Shown: positions 15,590 to 23,493 of the stretch, piece by piece
Numbering within the stretch: position 1 is the first letter of the stretch
How the letters are laid out: the number at the start of each line of letters is the position of its first letter
Source of the DNA: a virus
Lineage: Duplodnaviria; Caudoviricetes
Length of the DNA: 35,421 bases
IMG/VR virus record: IMGVR_UViG_3300025687_000153
Location: 1-35,421 of that record
Strand: one strand, 5' to 3'
Translations under genes and position numbers: made by a program
Notes under the pieces: model-generated
What the model saw: the letters and a program-made list of their open reading frames with translations, nothing else
Told to the model about the DNA's origin: nothing
Database searches by the model: none

Positions 15590-15982
15590 ATGGCACGTTT
15601 AGCAAATCAAAGACATGAGCTTTTTTGTCAGGGAATAGCAAGAGGTAAGAACCAGACTCAAGCATACATTGACGCTGGCTACAGTAAAGCAAATGCGACA
15701 CCCAATGCAGCGAGGCTGATAATAAATGATAATATTCAGACTAGAATTGAAGAACTACGGGAAAAAGCGGAGAAAAAGAACGAGTTAACCCTTGAGTGGT
15801 TAATCGAGCAAGGCAAGGAAATGTATCAAGAGTCCAGAGAGGCACGAGATAGGTCTGCTGCCGCTTCATTCTATGACAAGCTTTGCAAGATTCGTGGAGC
15901 TTACAGCCCAGAAAGACACGAGCATGATGTTTCAGTATCAGGTATAGACATTGACTTCATAGAGCCTGATGACGAGGACTAA
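15590..15982 (+). CDS. terS: Terminase small subunit
   Basis: RHELFCQGIARGKNQTQAYIDAGYS..AARLI...IQTRIEEL HTH pattern; directly upstream of TerL. Confidence 0.9.
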   Translation: MARLANQRHELFCQGIARGKNQTQAYIDAGYSKANATPNAARLIINDNIQTRIEELREKAEKKNELTLEWLIEQGKEMYQESREARDRSAAASFYDKLCKIRGAYSPERHEHDVSVSGIDIDFIEPDDED

Positions 15983-17201
15983 AGTAAACCTTCCAAAATA
16001 CGCCAAGCCTTTATTCAAGCCAGCGAGATACAAAGCAATCCATGGCGGTAGAGGTTCTGCGAAGTCTCACACGTTTGCCAATCTGGTTTCAATCCTTCAC
16101 GCTCAAGATCCGAACAGGAAAACAGTAGGCATTAGAGAAATTCAAAAGTCTATCAAGCTCTCAGTGAGGCAGTTGATAGTTGATAAGATCATCGAGAACA
16201 ACTTCCAAGACCTGTTTGACATTCAGGATCAGCAAATCAAAAGCAAGCGAGGCAAGGGAATTATTATCTTCCAGGGGATGCAGAATCACACAGCAGACTC
16301 TATCAAGTCCCTTGAAGGTTTCGATTGTGCTTGGGTTGAAGAAGCTCAGACATTGAGCCAGAGAAGCTTAGACTTATTGCGTCCGACAATCAGAAAGCCA
16401 AACTCAGAACTTTGGTTTAGCTGGAATCCAAGGAAAGATACGGATGCGGTTGATGCCTTCTTACGTTGCGAAAAACCTCCAGAGAATCTAATTATCATCG
16501 AAGCGAACTACAATGATAATCCTTGGCTTCCTGATGTGCTGAGAAAGGAAATGGAGTATGACAGATCAAGGGACATTGACAAGTACCGACATGTTTGGCT
16601 CGGTTCTTATAATCTCAACTCAGAATCCCGTGTCTTTAAGAATTGGAGAGTCGAAGAGTTTGAAACCCCAAAAGATGCCTTCTTCAAGTTCGGAGCCGAC
16701 TGGGGCTTTGCGGTTGATCCGACAGTTCTTATCAGATGCTACCTTGAAGGCAGAACATTGTTTGTCGATCATGAAGCCTATCAAGTGGGTTGTGAGATTA
16801 TTGATACTCCTGAACTGTTTCTAACGATTCCAGAGTCCGAAAAGTGGCCTATCGTTGCAGACAGTGCAAGACCTGAGACAGTTTCACACTTGAGAAAGCA
16901 CGGTTTCCCAAAGATTCAGCCAGCAATTAAAGGCAAAGGAAGTCTTGAAGATGGCGTAGAATTCCTAAAGTCTTTTGATATTGTCGTTCATCCGAGATGC
17001 CAGCACACGATTGACGAGTTGACCAATTACTCTTATAAAGTAGACCCTGATACAGACCAAGTAACAAGCGTTCTCGAAGACAAGCACAATCATGTCATTG
17101 ATGCTTTGCGATATGCTTGCGAGGGTGCAAGACGATTGAAGAGAAGGCCGGGAAACCTACCGAGGAAAGTGCAGGGGACTTATGATCCGTGGGGAATGTA
17201 A
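15969..17201 (+). CDS. terL: Terminase large subunit, PBSX family
   Basis: HGGRGSAKS Walker A, WVEEA Walker B, GADWGFAVDP and NHVIDALRYA nuclease motifs. Confidence 0.96.
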   Translation: MTRTKVNLPKYAKPLFKPARYKAIHGGRGSAKSHTFANLVSILHAQDPNRKTVGIREIQKSIKLSVRQLIVDKIIENNFQDLFDIQDQQIKSKRGKGIIIFQGMQNHTADSIKSLEGFDCAWVEEAQTLSQRSLDLLRPTIRKPNSELWFSWNPRKDTDAVDAFLRCEKPPENLIIIEANYNDNPWLPDVLRKEMEYDRSRDIDKYRHVWLGSYNLNSESRVFKNWRVEEFETPKDAFFKFGADWGFAVDPTVLIRCYLEGRTLFVDHEAYQVGCEIIDTPELFLTIPESEKWPIVADSARPETVSHLRKHGFPKIQPAIKGKGSLEDGVEFLKSFDIVVHPRCQHTIDELTNYSYKVDPDTDQVTSVLEDKHNHVIDALRYACEGARRLKRRPGNLPRKVQGTYDPWGM

Positions 17202-17416
17202 TGCAGACAGTGAAGATTTTAGAACATTTTGAATTCAGTCCAGACGAAGAGACAGAAGTCCTGGTCAATCCTGACCATGTTCAGGTTGTGAAGGACAGTC
17301 AATTTATGGTCGGTGGGCATTGGTTTACTTGTGCTGGAGAGAATCCATTCATGAAGAAAAAGAGAAAGCGCAAGAGCAAAACAGATGATGAACCGCTTTT
17401 AGTCTTAGACGATTAG
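17201..17416 (+). CDS. Hypothetical protein
   Basis: ATG overlaps the TerL stop; GGGGAA RBS. Confidence 0.65.
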   Translation: MQTVKILEHFEFSPDEETEVLVNPDHVQVVKDSQFMVGGHWFTCAGENPFMKKKRKRKSKTDDEPLLVLDD

Positions 17417-17449
17417 CATAAAAAACATTATGATTGTATAGGGGAACTT

Positions 17450-17770
17450 ATGAAATCAGCAAATAACTATAGATGGAGTCCGAGAGCTGGGAAGAAGGTT
17501 GTGCGCAAAGTGACCAGCTTTTTCTTTGGTGAACCACAACAGCCACAATTGCCAATGCTTCCACCACCTGCACCGATTGAAGCTCCTGTCGTTGAAGAGC
17601 GAGAGGATATGAGTAAAGAGGTTAGGCGCAGGGAGGAACTAGTCAAGCAAGAATCAATGGATCGAGCAAGACAAAGGAAGGGAAGACTGGCAAGCATTAT
17701 CGCTGGCAAGTCTGGTGGACTAGGATCAAGTCAAATTCAAACAGTATCAAAGCAACTTTTGGGGGAATAA
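17450..17770 (+). CDS. Small virion/assembly protein preceding the portal
   Basis: Pro-rich tract, RKGRLASI and terminal KQLLG are typical of this position in podoviruses. Confidence 0.65.
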   Translation: MKSANNYRWSPRAGKKVVRKVTSFFFGEPQQPQLPMLPPPAPIEAPVVEEREDMSKEVRRREELVKQESMDRARQRKGRLASIIAGKSGGLGSSQIQTVSKQLLGE

Positions 17771-18066
17771 TGAGCTTCATTGCACAAATTGTTACAAATG
17801 GAACGGCAGCCGGGTCTGTAGAATGGCCTGGAGGACAAGGGAAATTCTATGCTCATGCGTCTACTGCGTGGGGTGGTGACACTCTCAAGCTTCAGTATTT
17901 GGCTGATACTGATGGGTCTACTGACCGCTGGGTTGATGTTGATGTATCCAGTCTCAGCGATAATGACATGCTTGGGTTTTTCTGCCCACAAGGAAGACTC
18001 AGAGCAGTAAAGACAGGAACAGGCTCAACTGGTCTTGATTCTTGGGTTGCAAGAGTCATGACATAA
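17770..18066 (+). CDS. Hypothetical beta-rich (possibly virion) protein
   Basis: 98-aa ORF with GGGGGAA RBS. Confidence 0.65.
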   Translation: MSFIAQIVTNGTAAGSVEWPGGQGKFYAHASTAWGGDTLKLQYLADTDGSTDRWVDVDVSSLSDNDMLGFFCPQGRLRAVKTGTGSTGLDSWVARVMT

Positions 18067-18075
18067 AAAGGGGGC

Positions 18076-19719
18076 GTGATGAACGCTGACAAGATTATCA
18101 GCCTCCAGGGACACTTGGAGACTCAGAGAACCAACTTCGATAGCCATTGGCAGGACGTAGCCGAATACGTTGCACCAAGGCAGAACTATTTCCAAAGCAC
18201 AAGAACGCAAGGTGAGAGAGTCAATCAGAAGATTTTCGACTCTACTGCAATCATTGCAAACAATCGCTTTGCAGCTTCGATGTCTTCTCTCATGACTCCA
18301 GCCAATCAAATCTGGCACAAGCTTATCCTTGCTAAACGACAAGAGGCAAGCCAAGCAATCAAAGAGTATCTTGATACTTTGAATGAACTTCTGTTCTCTT
18401 TTCGGTATCGGGCAATGAGCAACTTCGGAACCACTACCAATGAAGTCTACCTCGACTTGGGGGCTTTTGGTAACGGTGTGATGTTCACTGGCTACGATAT
18501 TGGGAAGGGCCCAGTTTATACAAGTTGCGGTCTTGAGGGTATGTACTGGCTCACTGATGAATTTAGAAGAATCAATTTAGTTCATCGTCGATACAAGATT
18601 ACCTCACGCCAGATGCTTGAGCAGTTCGGGGAAGATGCTTTACCTGATATGGTCTTGAAGGACTTGAAGAAAGACGGCATGAAAGAATGGGAAATCATTC
18701 ACGCAGTCTATCCGAATCAGGAAAGGGAAGAAGGGCGTTCTGACTTTAAGGGTATGGCTTGGCGTTCTTATTACGTCCTACGTGGTTGCAATGACACAAA
18801 GCGCATTCTGTCTGAGGGTGGCTACAGGACAATGCCTTACTCAATTGCTCGCTATTCTGTAGCCAGTCAAGAGACTTATGGTCGATCCGTAGCTATGGAA
18901 TGCTTTCCAGACATTAAAACAGTCAATCAGATGGGCAAGACAAATCTAAGAGCTGGACACAATGCGGTTGAACCTCCATTGATTGCTAGTGAAGACTTGA
19001 ACATTGGATTGAAAATGTACCCTGGTGCTATCAATTATGGCGGTATTGATTCAATGGGGAATGATGTTGTGAAGCCATTGCTCACTGGTGCAAACCTTCC
19101 AATTGCTTTGGAACTTGAGAATCAAAGGCGACAGTCTATCAATAATTCTTTTCTTGTGAACTTGTTTCAAATCCTTGTGGAAGGCCCACAGATGACGGCA
19201 ACCGAAGTGATGCAAAGAGCGCAAGAGAAGGGTGTGTTACTTGGCCCCGTATACTCAAGAATGCAAGCGGAGTTCTTTGGGCCATTGATTCCAAGAGAGT
19301 TGGACATTCTTGATATGCTTGGAGTTTTACCTGAACCTCCTGAAGAATTGCTCGAAATGGGCGCAGAGTATGAGGTGGAATATCAGAGCCCACTAGCCAA
19401 AGCAGCGAAATCCGAAGAAGGAATAGCAATCTTGAGAACTCTTGAGGCTGCTGCACCATTGGCTGAGATTGATCCTGATGTTGCTGCACTAATCAAAGCA
19501 GAGGAATCAGTGAGAGAACTTGCGAACATTTACGGAATGCCAGCTAGACTCTTGAAGTCTGAAGAAGAGATGGAGCAATACAGACAAGCAAAGAATGAAG
19601 ACATGGAAATGCAGCAAATGCTACAAGCTGCCCCAATTGCTGCGAGTGCTGCGAAGGATTTAGCACAAGCACAACAGATGGAAGTTATGGAGCCAGATGC
19701 GATATTAGGAGTTGAATAA
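18076..19719 (+). CDS. Portal (head-tail connector), T7/BPP-1-like
   Basis: IFDSTA, DLGAFGNG, ETYGRS, QMTATEV..RAQEK..LGP, EYQSPLAKA. Confidence 0.95.
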   Translation: MMNADKIISLQGHLETQRTNFDSHWQDVAEYVAPRQNYFQSTRTQGERVNQKIFDSTAIIANNRFAASMSSLMTPANQIWHKLILAKRQEASQAIKEYLDTLNELLFSFRYRAMSNFGTTTNEVYLDLGAFGNGVMFTGYDIGKGPVYTSCGLEGMYWLTDEFRRINLVHRRYKITSRQMLEQFGEDALPDMVLKDLKKDGMKEWEIIHAVYPNQEREEGRSDFKGMAWRSYYVLRGCNDTKRILSEGGYRTMPYSIARYSVASQETYGRSVAMECFPDIKTVNQMGKTNLRAGHNAVEPPLIASEDLNIGLKMYPGAINYGGIDSMGNDVVKPLLTGANLPIALELENQRRQSINNSFLVNLFQILVEGPQMTATEVMQRAQEKGVLLGPVYSRMQAEFFGPLIPRELDILDMLGVLPEPPEELLEMGAEYEVEYQSPLAKAAKSEEGIAILRTLEAAAPLAEIDPDVAALIKAEESVRELANIYGMPARLLKSEEEMEQYRQAKNEDMEMQQMLQAAPIAASAAKDLAQAQQMEVMEPDAILGVE

Positions 19720-19934
19720 TGTCAGAAAAGAAAACCACAAAGAAAAAGACAGTCAAGAAAGTAGAAGCACCAAAGGCAAGCAGTACAGGAGTTTGCACTT
19801 GGTATGACATAAGCAAGGGAACAGAGAAATTCCTGGAAATTGCTGGTCTTGCTTCAGGTGCAGCCAAAGGTGTTTTTCCTAACGCAGTGAGAGAGGATGC
19901 TTTCAAGGTTGTTGTTACGATCGAGAAGGCATAG
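19719..19934 (+). CDS. Hypothetical protein
   Basis: 71-aa coupled ORF. Confidence 0.6.
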   Translation: MSEKKTTKKKTVKKVEAPKASSTGVCTWYDISKGTEKFLEIAGLASGAAKGVFPNAVREDAFKVVVTIEKA

Positions 19935-20212
19935 TGGAAGAAAAGAAGAAGATAATATCAGCGTATCAATCCTTATTTGATGCGTCGAATGAGAGTGCAA
20001 GGATTGTTAAGTCAGACTTGGCAGACTTTTGTTATTTGCTTCAATCAACCACTCAATCAGATGATTCTAAAAAAGTTGATCCAATTGCAACAGCCCGAAT
20101 GGAAGGCAGACGGGAAGTAATGTTGCATATATTGAAGTACATGAATGTTAATCTTGCACAACTTGAGTTAATGATTCAAGCGCAAGAACAGGAGGCGAGA
20201 AAATGGAAGTAG
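19934..20212 (+). CDS. Bbp19-like small protein between portal and scaffold
   Basis: AYQSLF...V..DL..FC...DP..TA..EGRREV pattern and synteny. Confidence 0.75.
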   Translation: MEEKKKIISAYQSLFDASNESARIVKSDLADFCYLLQSTTQSDDSKKVDPIATARMEGRREVMLHILKYMNVNLAQLELMIQAQEQEARKWK

Positions 20213-21003
20213 AAGGACAAGTAGCAGAGGCTACCCCTGAAACACCAACAGAACCAGTACAAGCACCACAAAGCTGGTTTGATTCATTTGAAGATGGAGA
20301 TTTGAAGGGCTTTGTTGAGGCTAAAGGGCTCAAGAGTGCAGAGCAAGCGGTTAAGAGTTACCGAGAAGCTGAGAAGTTTCTAGGCGCACCAAAGGACAAG
20401 CTTTTGAGGTGGCCTGATGAACTGAACGAGGAAACACTTGCGCCAATCTATGACAAGTTAGGCAGACCTGAAAGCCCTGAAGGTTATGAGTTTCTAAAAA
20501 CAAAAGAAGGTCAAGTAACCGAGTTTGGGAAGAACTTTGGAGAGTTATCCCACAAAACTGGTTTATCAGTGGATCAAAGCAAGGCAATCTTTGAATGGGC
20601 GCAATCTCAAGAGCAAGCAATGCAGGAAGCAGAAGCCCAGGCTTTAGAGGTTAGTAAATCAGAGTTGAAGCAGGAGTGGGGGCAGAATTACGACAAGAAT
20701 CTATCCCTTGCCAGACATGGTGCAAAAGAGTTCGGAGTATCTGAGGAAGATATTAACAGCCTTGAACAAGTTCTTGGACACAAAAAGACGATGGAGCTTT
20801 TTGCGAGAGCTGGTGAGCGGTTTGGAGAACATGAGTTTAAAGGGAATCCGCTTAACAGCAATCAGCAATACACGCCACAAGGAGCGCAAGCGCAGCTTGA
20901 ATCTTTAATGAATGACACAGAATTTATGAAGAGAATCCAGGCAGGAGATACCAAGGCAATTGAAAAGCATTCCCAGCTTGTAAAGATGGTCGCTTTGGGA
21001 TAA
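20203..21003 (+). CDS. Capsid scaffolding protein
   Basis: KLGRPESPEGY, LKQEWGQNYDKN; acidic and helical; located between portal and capsid. Confidence 0.85.
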   Translation: MEVEGQVAEATPETPTEPVQAPQSWFDSFEDGDLKGFVEAKGLKSAEQAVKSYREAEKFLGAPKDKLLRWPDELNEETLAPIYDKLGRPESPEGYEFLKTKEGQVTEFGKNFGELSHKTGLSVDQSKAIFEWAQSQEQAMQEAEAQALEVSKSELKQEWGQNYDKNLSLARHGAKEFGVSEEDINSLEQVLGHKKTMELFARAGERFGEHEFKGNPLNSNQQYTPQGAQAQLESLMNDTEFMKRIQAGDTKAIEKHSQLVKMVALG

Positions 21004-21043
21004 TATAAGTCAATCCTTTTTTACTAGAGCGCATTTAGAGTTT

Positions 21044-21070
21044 AGCCTCCTTCGGGGGGCTTTTCTTTTT
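21044..21070 (+). terminator. Intrinsic terminator after scaffold gene
   Basis: AGCCTCC-TTCG-GGGGGCT followed by TTTCTTTTT. Confidence 0.85.
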
Positions 21071-21074
21071 GCTG

Positions 21075-21179
21075 TTGACATTTATTCACAATGAGTTCAC
21101 AATATAAGGTGAACAAGTTCGGTGGATAACCAGTCAGGCCCACTTCCAGTTCATTCACAGCCCCCAGACGGGACAAGCT
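21075..21179 (+). promoter_or_regulatory. Capsid promoter and structured 5' leader
   Basis: TTGACA at 21075 with a weak -10 (CACAAT at 17 nt). Two hairpins with GG-AYAA/C-CC internal loops at 21122-21143 and 21159-21179. Confidence 0.55.
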
Positions 21180-21224
21180 AAAACCAAAGTCAATTTGTAT
21201 TAGTTTAATCCCTGGAGGGGAAAA

Positions 21225-22145
21225 ATGAGTCAAAATATTACCAATTTAATGGTGACTCAATTCCAGGCAAACTTGCGTCTAGCAGCTCAGGCTATGGACT
21301 CTCGTTTGATGGATTGTGTCGAGATTGAATCAGGTATTGAAGGTGATCTTTCAAGTCCTGTAACAATTATCGGAGCTTTAACAGCTCAAAAGAAGACAAG
21401 CCGAAACAGTGACACCGTATACAGTAACGTCGATTATGATCGTAGATGGTATGAGCCAACTGCCTATCAACTGTCTGACCTGTTTGACTGGGACGATGTA
21501 ATCAAGGTTTCTGGTCCGTATGACCCAAAATCTAATGTTCTTCGTGCTTTCGTTGCTGGTTTGAAGCGTGCTTGTGATGATCGAATCCTTGCAGCCATGT
21601 TTGCAACTTCGAAGACTGGTGTTAAGGGTGGAAGCACTACTTCTTTCGATTCTAACAACATCGTGCCATTGGCAACTGGTGGGGCAAACTCAGGTTTGAA
21701 CGTAGCCAAGCTGAAGGCAGGAGTTGAGATTTTTCTCGGCAATGATGTTGATGAAGAAGATATGCTTTATTGTGCAATCACTGCACGACAAAACAAAGAA
21801 CTGTTGAAAGAAATTGAAGTTCTCAAGTCTGACTACCGACAGACCGCAGTTATTGAAAATGGAAGATTGAAGTCCTTTATGGGCATCACCTTCAAGCATG
21901 TTCAATGGCAGAATGCTTCCCGGTATCCAGATGCAAACTCCGGTTTGATTGACGGATCTTCTGATTTCTTGGTTCCAATGTGGGCAAAGTCTGGTGTTGC
22001 TTTAGGTCTTTACAAAGACATTGAAGGCAAGATGGACATTATCCCAACAAAGAACTATTCAACTCAAATTTACGCAAGCAATATGGTGGGAGCTACTCGA
22101 ACCGAAGAGGAAAAAGTAGTTCAAATCGTTTGTTACGGTAGTTAA
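21225..22145 (+). CDS. Major capsid protein
   Basis: 306 aa, follows the scaffold, strong RBS. VTQF..L..Q..DSRL N-terminus and GATRTEEEKVVQI C-terminus resemble BPP-1-like capsids. Confidence 0.9.
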   Translation: MSQNITNLMVTQFQANLRLAAQAMDSRLMDCVEIESGIEGDLSSPVTIIGALTAQKKTSRNSDTVYSNVDYDRRWYEPTAYQLSDLFDWDDVIKVSGPYDPKSNVLRAFVAGLKRACDDRILAAMFATSKTGVKGGSTTSFDSNNIVPLATGGANSGLNVAKLKAGVEIFLGNDVDEEDMLYCAITARQNKELLKEIEVLKSDYRQTAVIENGRLKSFMGITFKHVQWQNASRYPDANSGLIDGSSDFLVPMWAKSGVALGLYKDIEGKMDIIPTKNYSTQIYASNMVGATRTEEEKVVQIVCYGS

Positions 22146-22160
22146 TAGGGGGAACAGAAA

Positions 22161-22637
22161 ATGGCTGTTACTACACAAAATTCGACTGAATACGCTGAAT
22201 TGATTACCGATCCACCTGCTATCCAACCTGGGGACGAGTACACTGGGAAAGTTAGAGTTCTCAAGTTCTCTTTCACTCAGAGTGGTGCAGGTGATGCAAA
22301 CTCTCTATTGAATCTTACTCAACTTCCTGCCGGAAGATGGGCGATTCAAACAGGGTTGTCCAAAGTTAAGTTTGATGCTTTTGGTGCAAGCAGAACTTTG
22401 GACGTTGGTCACACTGGATATACTGAGCCTGACGGTACTGCTGTTCCTGCTGATGAGGACGCTTTTGCTGCTGCCTTGGATGTTTCTTCTGCTGGTACTG
22501 CATTCATGGATGCAGGTGATGGGATGGTTCGTGTGATTGATTCGATCAATCCTGTGGTGATCCAGGCAAAGGTGGAAGCTGGAACTATTCCAGACACTAC
22601 TAAGGTTTTTGGTTTCATCACTGCGGTTCAACTGTAA
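22161..22637 (+). CDS. Capsid decoration/cement-like virion protein
   Basis: Beta-rich, immediately after the MCP; LPAG and LDVG motifs. Confidence 0.6.
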   Translation: MAVTTQNSTEYAELITDPPAIQPGDEYTGKVRVLKFSFTQSGAGDANSLLNLTQLPAGRWAIQTGLSKVKFDAFGASRTLDVGHTGYTEPDGTAVPADEDAFAAALDVSSAGTAFMDAGDGMVRVIDSINPVVIQAKVEAGTIPDTTKVFGFITAVQL

Positions 22638-22645
22638 ATCAATTT

Positions 22646-22676
22646 GAGTCTGCCCTTTCGGGGGTGGACTCTCTTT
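22646..22676 (+). terminator. Hairpin after capsid genes (weak terminator or stabiliser)
   Basis: GAGTCTGCCCT-TTCG-GGGGTGGACTC followed by TCTTT. Confidence 0.65.
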
Positions 22677-22693
22677 CCTTATAAGGGGATAAA

Positions 22694-22888
22694 ATGGCAA
22701 CTCAATACAGAGGTTTAGATCTTGGCGAAAATTATGAAGACGTTGATGCAAACACCTCAACAACTTCTAGTAATGTTGAAATATCGTATGATGATTCTGT
22801 CTACGCTGACACTGACAGCATGAATGATCTTATCAAAGGTCTTGAGAACATCATCATCTATATTAAGCAAAACGACTTCCCTAGCTAA
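22694..22888 (+). CDS. Small hypothetical virion protein
   Basis: 64 aa with AAGGGGA RBS. Confidence 0.65.
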   Translation: MATQYRGLDLGENYEDVDANTSTTSSNVEISYDDSVYADTDSMNDLIKGLENIIIYIKQNDFPS

Positions 22889-23493
22889 TGGCTGGCACAA
22901 GTAAAGTTGACATCGTCAATATGGCTCTAGTCAAACTAGGGCAAGAAACGATAGCTGACTTGGACGAAAACAATCCAAGGGCAAGAACCATGTCTGCAAT
23001 CTATGACATTGTAAGACAGGGTTTATTGCGTCAATTCCGTTGGGCATTCTCAAAAGGAAGGGCACAGCTTGCTTCACTGACAAGCACACCTTCCTGGGGT
23101 TACACAACTGAATTTCAATTGCCGACTGACTGCCTACAGTTAATCAGCGTTGAGAATCAGGAAGACGATCCAAACTTAAACTTTTACAACTCCTATCCAC
23201 AAAGCCAATACCTTGTAGAGGGTCGAAAGATTCTTATAAACGAGACTGGCCCTATCAAGATTGTCTACGTAAAAGACTTTGAAGAAGCAGGTGATTTTGA
23301 TTCTGCTTTTGTTAGAGCTTTTGCTGACAACTTAGCGTTCGAAGCTTGCGAACTGATAACGCAATCAAACACAAAAAAGGAGAGCTTGAGAGCAGACTTT
23401 CAGACTTCCATTAGCCTTGCAATCAGGGCAAATGCAATTGAAAGACCAGCACAAATGCAAGCTGATACTTCCTGGACTATGATGAGGTTGTAA
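22888..23493 (+). CDS. Tail tubular protein A (adaptor, T7 gp11-like)
   Basis: VDIVNMALVKLG, WAFSK, FQLPTDCL motifs. Confidence 0.9.
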   Translation: MAGTSKVDIVNMALVKLGQETIADLDENNPRARTMSAIYDIVRQGLLRQFRWAFSKGRAQLASLTSTPSWGYTTEFQLPTDCLQLISVENQEDDPNLNFYNSYPQSQYLVEGRKILINETGPIKIVYVKDFEEAGDFDSAFVRAFADNLAFEACELITQSNTKKESLRADFQTSISLAIRANAIERPAQMQADTSWTMMRL

